A DNA stretch of 64,000 nt, from assembly GCA_964252035.1 (NCBI GenBank), contig OZ176203.1; one strand, 5' to 3'. Below the pieces are notes generated by a model. The model worked only from the letters and a program-made list of their open reading frames with translations, had not been told where the DNA came from and made no database searches. Shown piece by piece: positions 13,560 to 24,357 of the stretch. Each line of letters starts with the position of its first letter. Position 1 is the stretch's first letter. Origin of the DNA: Podarcis erhardii (Eukaryota). A program made the translations under genes and the position numbers.

Positions 13560-14230
13560 CTTCCCTGTTACTCTTGTGTGTGTTTTGTCTAAAAGATGTC
13601 TAAAGGTCGATCTCGCCGTTTCTTTCTGGAGACGCGGCGCGCGTGTTCCCCAGGCGTCACTCGCCCCGGGGCCCTTTGGCTGCGCGCTGCGAGCTCTGTG
13701 CGCCCTGGCGCCGCTCCGCCGCTCCGCATGTCGCTTCTTCGGCTGGGCTGCTGGAGCCCAAGCGGGGATCCTCCGTCCAAGCCCCGGCGCGGCGGCTCGC
13801 CTCGGCCTGCCGCCCTTTGTTCTTCCGTCCGCCGAGGGACAACAAAGCGGACGGGCCTCCCTGGACCAGTCACGGCCGCCGGGGCCGGGCGGGCGCAGGT
13901 GGGAGCATCTGCAGCTCCGTGGCGCGATTTGGCACGGTCTCGGTGGACGTGGAAAGCGGCTCCTGGCTCCGCAGGGGCAGCGCTCAAGCTTGTGCCGATA
14001 AGTGGGTGGGGGTGGCGGGGTCTCACTTCTTTCCCCTGCTGTTTTGGACTTGGGAGTGTGGCGCTTCCCCCCCTCCCCAAAGGGGTGGAATTGCTTGGAT
14101 CGGCAGCGCCTGGCGCGCTCTCCGCGCTCTCCATCCCGTCCATGCCCGGTGCGCCGCGTTATTGTTTTGGGGAGCCGTTTGGGAAGCGGAGCCAATGCCG
14201 CGCTGCTATCTCGGGGCCATATGGAGAAGC
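13560..14230. promoter_or_regulatory. Intronic CpG island
   Basis: Abrupt GC- and CpG-rich block in AT-rich intron. Inverted SOX-like heptamers CTTTGTT 13815-13821 and AACAAAG 13841-13847. Boundaries approximate. Confidence 0.75.
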
Positions 14231-15709
14231 TGCACTATTTTGATTACGCCTGGTGTAAACATTTTAATGTCGGATCCTTAAAATCCAGAGCCTCTCCCAA
14301 AGGGGATTAGAACATAATCCTCTCGCTCTATAGCTGGAGTGGATTAATTTCGTATTCTCTCAGTGGCGGGTTTGCTCCCTGAAGGCTCGAACAAAAAGAC
14401 TCCGCGCTCCTTAAATGTGCCGTGGTATTGGGACTTGTAATTGGAGATTTCCAAAGGACAAGTGTAAAAATGACACACTATTAAGAAGGAGCGTTTCATT
14501 CGGTGCCTTTTCAGCGGGCGGGCGGGAGGGGGGCGCTTCAGAGGCTGCGAGTGAAATATGTGAAATGTTACACTCAGGTTATGATGTGGGGGAGGGGCGC
14601 CAAGTGCCTTTGGATCCCTGTCCTTTTGCTAACCTCACCCAGAAGGCCCAATCCATCCCGCTGTAATGCCAAGGGACAACTGGGAAGGGGGCATCTGCCA
14701 CCTCCTCACTTGCGCTGTCCCTCCGCGTGCCCAGCGCAGATCGTCCTCCCTTTCTCGGAGAGCGCGCAGGTAGAAGCTGCTTGACCTTTGAGCAGTCGCC
14801 CCTGCCTTTGCCTGGCAGCTTGTGCGCTGGACGCGTTCCCGGATCCTATGATCTCCTCCTGCAGGCCCTTTTCTAAGGGGCTGGAGGAGCAGCCACCGTT
14901 CCAACGCCAATCCTACAAGCTGGACCCTGGCAACACGCCCTCTACTTTACTTTTTTCTGCCTAAGTTGGGAGAAAGTGCGCAACGCCACGGGTAGGGCAT
15001 ATTTGCGAAGCAATAGCGGAAACTCCTAGCCAAGCCTAAGCCTGACCTCTCCTCTTCCTATGTGCTAAAGCCAGCAGGGTACCTCAAGTGGTGGCAGCGA
15101 GGCGGAATTCGACCAGGGAGTGCTTTTTAAAATACACTCCAATGAAGCAGTCCAATTACGTAAAGTTTATTCAAGACAGTTATAAAAGCAAATTAAGAGG
15201 GAGGTCATCAGTTGGTGTGATAAAGACAACAAAACAGTTTCTGGCTAATCAGTCTCGTGCAGTCTAGTTTAGCCATGTCATTTGCATCGTCTCTCCTTGC
15301 TCACCCTGAGAAAAGTGAAGTCTTCTTGGATATCTATTGACTATGCTATTAACCCTTTCGTTTCAGTAGAGGGGGTTGAGTTCTCCTATAGGAATAGCCA
15401 CTGAGACCAGTGCACCTCTGCACATAAGGCAAAGGTTGCAATTTTTACAGTTTTAACTCCAGAGATGAGACTCACATAATCAGGTACAGTATTGTTTGAG
15501 GGGATAGGCTATCAGCACTGGGAATACCCTAGAAAGGTGAAAATTAAGAAGGATGCAGATTGTGGATTTAAGAAATCTTGGAAGGACATAATCTGATAAA
15601 TCTCTTGATATGCCTTATATTTATTCCAGCCAAATAGATACGGGGTTCTTCAAAGTGTGCAGGTCTGTAGAAAACATTGGTTATAAATCTAGGATAGTCA
15701 ACCTGGTAC

Positions 15710-15800
15710 CCTTCAGATGTTTCTGCACTTCAACTCCCATCAGCCCCAGCCACAAGTCCAGTGGCCAGGAATCATGGGAGCTGTAGTCTAACCATATCTT
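15710..15800. mobile_element. Short palindromic MITE-like element
   Basis: CAACTCCCATCAGCCC...GGAATCATGGGAGCTGTAG inverted arms. Similar element at about 31005-31080. Confidence 0.5.
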
Positions 15801-15959
15801 GAACTTACCTCTAAGTGATAAGCAAATGTTCATTTGCTCTTACTGCTGAGTATATTGTTTATCGTTGTACTTTTTTCAAGCACTGAATTAAAAGCCTGAT
15901 TTTTTAAAAATTGTTTAATTGTATTGTTTTATGGGCTTACTATCAGATGCCACTATCTG

Positions 15960-17215
15960 GACTAATCCAGAGGTGTCTAGAGCACCATCTGCTCCAGTTT
16001 ACTTGGATGAGTTTAAATTGTTGCAGCCTGATGTTGACAAACTGCATGGAAGAGGGTCTGACTGATCACTTGTCCTTTCAACTTTTGCCCATTGTGATGT
16101 ACGAGAGTGAACCTGAGGGGTTTTAACAGCATAGGTCCAGGGAGTCGTGAATGCCATGTTGCAGGATGGGGTACCATTGGCTTTTAAAGATATAGTGTTG
16201 TGTCCTCTCCTTCAGAGGACCTTCCTGGACTTAGAACTGTTGAATAACTATTGCCCAATTGCTAACAATCCCTTTTAGGCATGATGCTCAAGATTTTTGT
16301 GTCAGTTCAACTTACAGGTGTGCTTGGAAGAAGTGGATTACAGTCTGGGTTCAGGCCCAGTTATGGCACCAAAGCTGCCATGGTCGTCCTAGTGCTACCT
16401 TGTAGGCATTTGAAACTGCACACCATAGCTTGGAGCAGTTTCATGGGTTGGAAATGGAGCCCCCTCTGCACCAGACTGCTGTTGTTTCACTCCTACCTTC
16501 ATGCTTCCAGAGACTTATCAATGTTGAACTATAACTTGACATCATAGAAGTTTGGTGACCCGCAGGGATCACTCTTGGCTCTCATGTTATTCAACATATG
16601 AGAAGCTGTTGGAGGATGTCATCAGGGGAGTTGGAGTGAGGTATCAGCTGATGACCTTGAACTCTATGTTGCTTTACCACCTGAATCAGAAAATGCAGTT
16701 CAGGTGCTTGATGTGGACCAATAAATTGAAATTTGATTCCAGACAAAATGGAGATGTTGCGTGTTGCAGGCTCTCACCTGTGGGAAATGAGTAAACAACC
16801 TGTTCAGTTTGGAGTGGCACTGCCATAGAAATAACAGGTTTGAAGCTTAAAAATGCTCCTAGACCAAACGCTGCCACTGGAAGCTGGCTTTAGTAACTAG
16901 GACAGAGATGGTCTGGCTCTAGTGCTGCATGCTCTGGTAACCTCAGGGCTGGACTATGTTGTTGTTGTTTAGTCGTTTAGTCGTGTCCGACTCTTCATGA
17001 CCCCATGGACCAGAGACCCCATGGACTATAGTACTGCATTATACATGAAGCCTGCATTATACATGAACCCTTGAAGACTGTTCCAAAGCTACAGCAGTTG
17101 CAAAATGCAGCGGCCAGGGGGCTGGTAAGAATTCCTAGCTAGGCACAAATTACAGGAGTTCAGAGCATGGTTTCCCTAGTCGTTTTGTGTATTGTGGAAT
17201 GAATCCCATCTGTAA
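15960..17215 (+). mobile_element. Degenerate L2-clade LINE ORF2 (RT) remnant
   Basis: Frameshifted motifs recognisable: NNYCPIANNPF, QSGFRPSYGTKAAMVVL, a region like GSxLSPxLFNIY, and HALVTSGLDY. Confidence 0.7.
16958..17022 (-). mobile_element. Severely 5'-truncated RTE-BovB 3' end inserted in the L2 remnant
   Basis: Nearly identical to the BovB tail at 17498 (GTTGTTGTTTAGTCGTTTAGTCGTGTCCGACTCTTC...). Flanked by TSD GGACTAT (16951-16957 and 17023-17029). Confidence 0.85.
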
Positions 17216-17497
17216 ACTGGGATAGTATGCCTAACTGAGAAGTTGGTGTTCCATGTCATTTTTCCAGAATATCATTTACAGCCCTGAAGAGGTATTGGAA
17301 CTTGTTTTCTGAGCAGGTTTTGTGGCTTAATGCATGAAATCCATCTAGCTATGTGTGACTGGTGGATATGGATAATTAGGCGAGCTCAGAAGTTAACATT
17401 CCAGAGCATTTACTCTGTTTATGACCCAGAGCAGGTAGTTCTGTGGAATATTTTTGTGGTTTGTATTATATATGTGACTTGTGAATGTGATAGATCT

Positions 17498-17865
17498 GTT
17501 GTTGTTTAGTCGTTTAGTCGTGTCCGACTCTTCGTGACCCCATGGACCAGAGCACGCCAGGCACTCCTGTCTTCCACTGCCTCCCACAGTTTGGTCAGGC
17601 TCATGTTTGTAGCTTCGAGAACACTGTCCAACCATCTCGTCCTCTGTCGTCCCCTTCTCCTTGTGCCCTCCGTATTGGGGCCTCAGCTTCACGATCTGTC
17701 CTTCCAGTGAGCACTCAGGGCTGATTTCCTTAAGAATGGATAGGTTTGATCTTCTTGCAGTCCATGGGACTCTCAACAGTCTCCTCCAGCACCATAATTC
17801 AAAAGCATCAATTCTTCGGCGATCAGCCTTCTTTATGGTCCAGCTCTCACTTCCATACATCACTA
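17498..17865 (-). mobile_element. 5'-truncated RTE-BovB LINE with an internal deletion
   Basis: Encodes MYGSESWTIKKADRRRIDAFELWCWRRLLRVPWTARRSNLSILKEISPECSLEG (BovB ORF C-terminus). (CAA)n tail and 11-bp TSD GTGATAGATCT (17487-17497 and 17866-17876). Confidence 0.92.
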
Positions 17866-18061
17866 GTGATAGATCTAGTTAGCTCTGAAGTTGTTGTGCC
17901 CTGGCCATTCCTCTCTTACAGATGGGTTCTGGCTGCGAAGGGGTTAATACATAATATTTGAAGGGTTTCCATTCTAAAATATTACGTCTAACGCAACTTC
18001 CCGGTTTGGGCATTCCACCATGTTCCATAGGAAAGGGACCATAAACCAACAGTAAGGAAAG

Positions 18062-18190
18062 TATCACTTGGTAGAGCATGTCAGGGTTGTGGGTTTGAGT
18101 CCCATGTTGGGCAAAGTATTCCTGCATCCCAGGGGATTAGCCTAGATGACTCCGTGGTCCCTTCCAACTTTACAATTCCATGATTCTATG
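18062..18190 (+). mobile_element. SINE with tRNA-like head and CR1-derived tail
   Basis: GGTAGAGCATG...GGTTTGAGTCCCA head; tail GATGACTCCGTGGTCCCTTCCAAC...ATGATTCTATG typical of CR1 3' ends. Related copies at 52585 and 60724. Confidence 0.65.
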
Positions 18191-18829
18191 TGGATTTCCC
18201 TTACTGGACTCTTCCCTACCACCCCACCCAGCAAGAGAGGGCCAAGCAAGCAAGTGGAGTGGTGGTTGCTCTTGCCACCTCTCCCTGGGTGGCCCTCCAG
18301 GGCCCAGTCCCCACTCTCCAGCAGACCCGGGCAGGGGGTAAATGAGAGAGATACAGATGTTCTTGCAAAGAGCAGCCACCATCTTTCATTGCACTTTCTT
18401 CAGGTGCCGCCACTGGGCCAAATGTCTTTCCCCTGTATGAGCCAGATAAGAGATGGTCAGTGATCAAAGCAAGGAAGTAGCTCCTTGCAGCCACCGCTCA
18501 GTCACCCACTTTTTGTTGGGGAGCAGGAAGCAGCTGCCTTCTGGTTCGGGGGGATGGCAGAAGCAATGGGCTGGCGAAGCCCAAAGCAAGGGGTGGTGGC
18601 TGGGTAAAAGGACCAGTACTTAACACACCACCCTCAGACACAAGGGCCCTGAGTGCTGACTCTGCTTTCCATCTCTGATACCTCCTCGCTGGGATAATAT
18701 CAAGGCTTGCTTACTTACATGGGTTTTGATAATGAACTAATCAGGAATATTCATGCTGCTAAGTAACACCCCCCCCACCGCTTTCTTCCCTTTCGCGGAG
18801 AAAAAAAAGTTAATGGAAACATCTTGTGA

Positions 18830-20250
18830 TCCTTCGAAACGCCGCTGGTTTGAGTGGTAGCTGTTTTTGCCTAGTTCAGGCTCGTATAGGATTTCACAAG
18901 GTCGTTTGTTCAGAGCGCTTGGAAGTGTGAGGGGTTCCTCGCAGGCCTTTTCCTCGGAAATCTCCGCGATGCACTTATTTCCAGCAGCCATTCTGAAAAT
19001 TAAACCCGGCTCGCCACTGTCATTCTCCCTTGCGCACCCACGCCCCGCACACAAAAGATTTAGGCATTCTCTCTCTCTCTCTCGATGAAGAAAAAGATTT
19101 CTTGTTATAGTCTCTGGCCTCCTGACCGCGAACTACCAGCCACTTCCTTTTTATTTTGCCCATATAACAAGCGGGGAGCCGGGAGGTAATTGGGTTAACT
19201 AGCTGATCTTCCTTCTGGGAGCGCGCAAGGCCCACTAAACGCCTTCTTATCATGATCGACTATCACGCGGCTCCCCAACTGCATCATCTTTAAGGGACTT
19301 TTTTTTTATTTTCTCGCCGAGGCCTGTAAAGCCCCGGCGCTCGGGTGGCGAGGAAGGGTTAAAGGCAGACGGGGGCGGGGAGAGGAGAGGGGCCGGGTGG
19401 TGATCGCAGAGGGGCGGAGAGAAGCAGCAGCAGCAGGGCCCGGGAGCTGCTGCTGTTGCTGCCTGGAGAGCTCGGCCTGCCATTACGCACAAAGGCGAGG
19501 GGCCGGGGGAATCGAAACCCAAATCCACTTGTAATCGCACGAGAGAATCGCGCGTAATTACTCGAGCGACCGAGATTAAGATTGATGAGCCTTTAAAGCG
19601 CCGTTTCGGATCGATCCGCTGCCCTAAGCAGGAGCCCCGCCGGCCAGGAGGGCGGCCCGCTTGCCGGCCTGCTTGCTCGCTCGCTCGCTCGCCGAGCGCC
19701 ACTGGCGCTGTCCGGCCGGAGGGGGAGGCGGCAGGGAGGACGGAGCAAGGGCGATGCCCAAGCCCCGCGCGTATGGTCCGCATCAGCTGACCGGGGTGAA
19801 GAGGCCAGGCTGGCCTATTAGGCGCGGGGAAAACAAGAAAATGAACGAAAATAGAGTTTGTCTCCATATTATCCAGCCCCTGGTGGGCTGGCTTGAGAGC
19901 TGTCAGAGGCGGGAAGCCGAGCGTTGCCTAGGGCTGGGTGGAGAGGAGGGAAGGAGGCGATGCTTGGAAGGGAGGGAAGTTGGCGCTGAAATGAGGCCTG
20001 CCCCGCTCTCCGTCAGGCCGAGAGACGGGCTGAGGCCGGGCTAAGTGGCGGGTAGGAAGGGGATCCGTAGAGGCAGGAGACTGGGCCCTGGAGGAGGGCA
20101 GAGCTTGGCAGCTCAAATGGTGGTCGGACCGAGCGCCAGCCAGCCAGCCCCTACCTCAGCTGCCTTCCCCACAGAAAAGAAGCCGGGGAAAGGCTGCTGG
20201 AGAGACACCAGAAACCAAATCCGACCGAGCACAACATTTCACACACACAC
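18830..20250. promoter_or_regulatory. Intronic CpG island with homeodomain-motif blocks
   Basis: CpG-dense, with TAAT-rich islets (GGTAATTGGGTTAAC, CGTAATTACT, GATTAAGATTGATG). Boundaries approximate. Confidence 0.75.
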
Positions 20251-21559
20251 GGAATCAACAGTCTCAGCACCTAAAGGAAAAAACAACAACAATACCAGCA
20301 GCCAGATAATACTATGCCTTATTATTTCCCAGTTTCTAAAATGTGGCATCAGTGTATTGCATTTCATGTTATTTGAATAGATGTCTCGGTTTATTTATCC
20401 ATATTGGCTCAATATCCCATTATTCCATGCATTTATTTTTATGCGATCTGCATAGATCTCGAGATGGAATTTCCAGTAAGTTCGTTTAGGATCCGGATGG
20501 GAAGTCTCCTTAGAGTTAATGTAATAAAGGTCCGCAAACAGCAAAGAGCCTCATGGCACCTTAAATGTTAACACATTTATTATGGCATACGCTTGTCAGA
20601 CCATCAGATGCCTGGTTCCTATTACTGGTCCTCCTGCTCTGAGGAGCCCCATGGCGCTTGGCTCTAAGGTTGCCGTCGCCAGGACCCTAACTAGGCAGCC
20701 TGACTCGCCGAATACAGCCGGATCCGCCTCCCGAGGAAACCTGCAGAGGATTGCGTTGCACAGCACTAGAAATGCCCAAATAATTTCGGGGTTTTCTTGC
20801 AGGTTTGAGCTACGATTCTGTGCACATTTACTTGGGACTAAATCCCGATGAATTCTGTAGAATATACATGCGTGTAAGCAAGTTAGAATAACTCTGAATA
20901 TTTTTGTTTTGGAGTAATTATGCTCTCAGCATTAACATTTCAATAAATTTCAGAGGGAGAGAGATTGTTTCTGGCGTCTTTGCGGAGACAAATCGTTTTC
21001 TTTATAACAACTGTTTGTTTCACAATAAAGACTGCACTTTATTTTACACACATACGCATTTTCTTCACACAGAGAGCCCTCGTCTGGCATCTGATGTCTC
21101 GCAGATAGTTTTATGATGTAGAAAACACTGCATTGCCTAACGTCCAGAATAATAAAAAAGAAGTAAAACATATTCGATATGTGTGGTGCATAATTTGTAT
21201 TGTAATTTTATGACTAGATACAGGAAGCGTAAATCTAAATATATTTTATTGGAAGCCCCTGATTTTTATTCCGTGACACTGCTTTTCTAAATATTCGCTG
21301 CCCGTCTTAGGCTGCTCTTCATACACACGTGCAAACGGTGAATTTACTGAATTGAGTGGGACCTGCACTCGACCTTTATGGGATCGGGCTTCGAGATAGG
21401 AAGAGAGGGGCTATTTTCATCAGCGGGCTGTGATCCCCCCACCCGAACCCCGCTAGTATTCTCAAATCAATCTTCCTAAACACAACCTAGTTCTTGGGTG
21501 TTGTTTAGTTTGAAAGACCTATAAAGTGGCCTGCTCTTCCGATGGTCCGTCGACCATCC

Positions 21560-23260
21560 TTTGAGGTTCAGGCACACACAGCGTCCCGCTTCCTGAAGCC
21601 TAGGTGTCCCGGCAGCGCTCCGTAGGCATCCTTCGCCTGAGTCCGACGGCTTCCTCGCTCCGCTCTGCTGTCGTCGGGCAAAGCAGCCGGCCTCTCTTTC
21701 GCAGCCTCCTCACGCCGCTCCGTCTTGTCTTGCAGGCCCCGTGGTCCTCAGCACGCCGGCCCAGCTCATCGCGCCGGTGGTAGTGGCCAAGGGCACCCTC
21801 TCCATCACCACCACCGAGATCTACTTCGAGGTAGACGAGGAAGACCCGGCCTTCAAGAAGATCGACCCTAAAGTGAGTACAGGACCCAAGTTGGGGTGGG
21901 GGGTGGGGGTTGGGGGGAGGAGGGGGAGGTTTCCCATAACCATGAACCAAGTGCCTGGAAGCGCCCCCCTTCGTCTGACTCCGTGGCTGTTTTATTTAAG
22001 AGCGCGGCGCGTTAATGATGTAAAATCCGCTCTTACTCCCGCGCTCGCTTTTTAACAAATCTCTCTCTCCCCCCCCCCCCCCGCACTTCTCCCCGAAGGC
22101 CTTTGTATGAACGTGGGCAGATTTAGCAGTTAAGCCAATTGCTCGGAAATCCCTCGAGGTAATGGCGGGCCCGCACTCCAGCCTCTTTCCTCGGGCACCC
22201 GCGGCAGACAAGGAGACGCGCTCCCTCTCCGTCTGCCTTCGACGCAGTCCCCAGGGACTGGAGCTTCCGCTTCTGCGCGGGTGCGCCTTGCAGGGGCGCG
22301 CGGAGCAGCAATTGCACAGCCCGGGCCTGTAGGAACTAGCAAGGTTGGGGTGCGCAAAGACAGAATCTCTCCCGAAGACCCCTAGAGCAAGGAGATAGAG
22401 CGGAGATTTGCCTTGTTACAGAATTCAAAAGTTTACGTCCATGTCGTTTTCCATCTCTCCGGATCTATAGTGATATTGTTATTTTAATTTCACTTTCGTA
22501 GCCTTGTGTAAATACACACTATTGTGGCCTCAATGTCGAGGCCATCCGTCTGTTGCCCGCCTGCTAACCTTGACAGGAAGAATTAAAAGTGTCTTCCGGA
22601 TTTTAAAACACACACGCAAGCAAAGCAAAGCAAAGCAAAGCAAAACAAAACAAAACATGGAGTTGGGTAACATGGCGAGTCTAACGGTTTTGCTGCAGCG
22701 CATCCAAGCGCGGGCAGAGCGCAGCTGAAGTTTGAAACAGTATCACCTGGGCAGATCTTGAGCACATTGTTGCACCCCCTCAATGCTTGCCGGCATATTT
22801 GCCCTTTGGCTGAATCACGGTTTGCATCCGGAAGGAACTGCCTGCTGCGCTCTCTGCAAGGGCAGGACGGGGCTTCTGGCGGAGGCGGCTCCTTTGCTCC
22901 GGCGGGGCCTCCGGAGAGGCCGGCGCTCGCTTTCCCCAAACACAACTGGCGGCGGCTTTATGGCCAGGCTGGTGATGTTTAGGGCAAAGGTAGCAACATT
23001 CTTTACCTGCCGATTGTTGGCTTGACCCCCGCAAATCTCTGAACGTTGCAGTTTCCCCCTCCCTTCTCTCCAAGTGCTGTTAATTTTGTTACAAACTAGG
23101 CTCACTTGGGTAATGCGTGCCTTCAGCTTGGTTCAAAACCGGACAGCCGCGTTAGCCTGGCCCACTAAATCTTTTGAGAAGTAGATTTATTTCCTGAGGG
23201 TTGTAAAAATGTTACTCGCTTAATTGCCACACACCAGAGTGTGACCGATGTCGATGGCCT
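21560..23260. promoter_or_regulatory. CpG island spanning the NBEA PH exon and the region 3' of MAB21L1
   Basis: High CpG density around exon 21736-21872 and downstream. Boundaries approximate. Confidence 0.7.
21736..21872 (+). CDS. NBEA: NBEA internal coding exon (start of the BEACH-associated PH domain), 137 nt, phase 1-0
   Basis: Acceptor gtcttgtcttgcAG at 21734-21735 and donor AAA|GTGAGT at 21873. Translates (G)[45 protein letters not shown], matching neurobeachin. Confidence 0.96.
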
Positions 23261-23454
23261 TCAGGACCCCATTTTTTTAGGGTAGGCTACACCGATTTTT
23301 ATCTTCATTTTAAATTATGCTACTTTTAACAGGCCGTCAAGGGCTTCAGACCCGCTTTACACCGCCCCTCCCCGCCCCCCAAAAAGAGAGAATGTAGCAG
23401 ACTGAGGGCTTGCACAAACCCAGATGGAATCCAGCACTGAAACTCTTAAGCATA

Positions 23455-23475
23455 TTTATTTTACTTTTATTTATT
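23455..23475 (-). terminator. MAB21L1 polyadenylation signal cluster
   Basis: Three minus-strand AATAAA (plus-strand TTTATT at 23455-23460, 23466-23471, 23470-23475) at the end of an AT-rich 3' UTR, about 0.9 kb after the stop codon. Confidence 0.65.
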
Positions 23476-24357
23476 AGCTTGTAATTAAATAAAATCAGCA
23501 ACAGAAATTTAAATCACAAAAAGTAATTATCCAGTGTATTTCAAGTGCATTTTTCCAATATATAATTCCAATATTCACAATTATATAAGCAAAATCCAAA
23601 TTTCTTCTGAATATATTTAAATAACATTTCAAGTATATTTATGGAATGGTAGAAATAGAACAAGCAATATATTTGAAACAAAAAAAATGTAAACTTTTTT
23701 TTAGCTTAGACACTTCAAAAGACAAGTAACGAAAGTACCATGATAAAATCTACCTTTTTTTTAAGCGGTATCTTCTTGAGCAGAAAATGTCCTGAAGTAT
23801 CCAAAATGGCAATTTAACTTCTTTTCACCAAATCACAAAACACTAACACCCACAATTTCAAAGACAATGTGAGATCACAATATTCCATACAAATTTTTTT
23901 AAAAAAATGTACAGGGGAAGAGTTGGGACAGTTGTGGTTTGTTTTGTTTCTTTTCCTATCTAACGGTTGTGGTTATTTGGGTGGCATCTTCAGATTCTCT
24001 CTTACTCGCACAAAAATCCCGGCCTCCTTATAATCCATTGGTCTGGTTTCTAGGCGGAGTGGTCACAATCAGGCTCAAAACGGCAGCCAATATTGCATTT
24101 CCCCTGGTGATAACCATACACGGTTTCGTTTCGTTTTGTTTTCCGGGCAGGCTTTTAAAACCGGGATACCGGCAAGAGTCATAATACTTGCAGTTGGCTT
24201 GGTGTGCGTGTGCGCGCAGGCGGGCAGCCTCTTCCCCGAACGCAGGGCGACGTTTGCCCCGTAAAACCCAGCAGAATCCTCCGAAGAGAAAGGCAGTTTT
24301 TTCTTTTCTTTTCGCGGGGGAGAGAAGAATAGCGTCGGGCCGCCGCTGGCTGGCCCT

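Noticed and set aside
13521-14310. Stack of 100-224 aa ORFs in several frames
   Set aside because: CpG-island artefact: stops are rare in GC-rich DNA and the peptides are R/P/G/A-rich with no homology I recognise. The same applies to ORFs at 19250-20380, 26047-27282 and 27974-28649.
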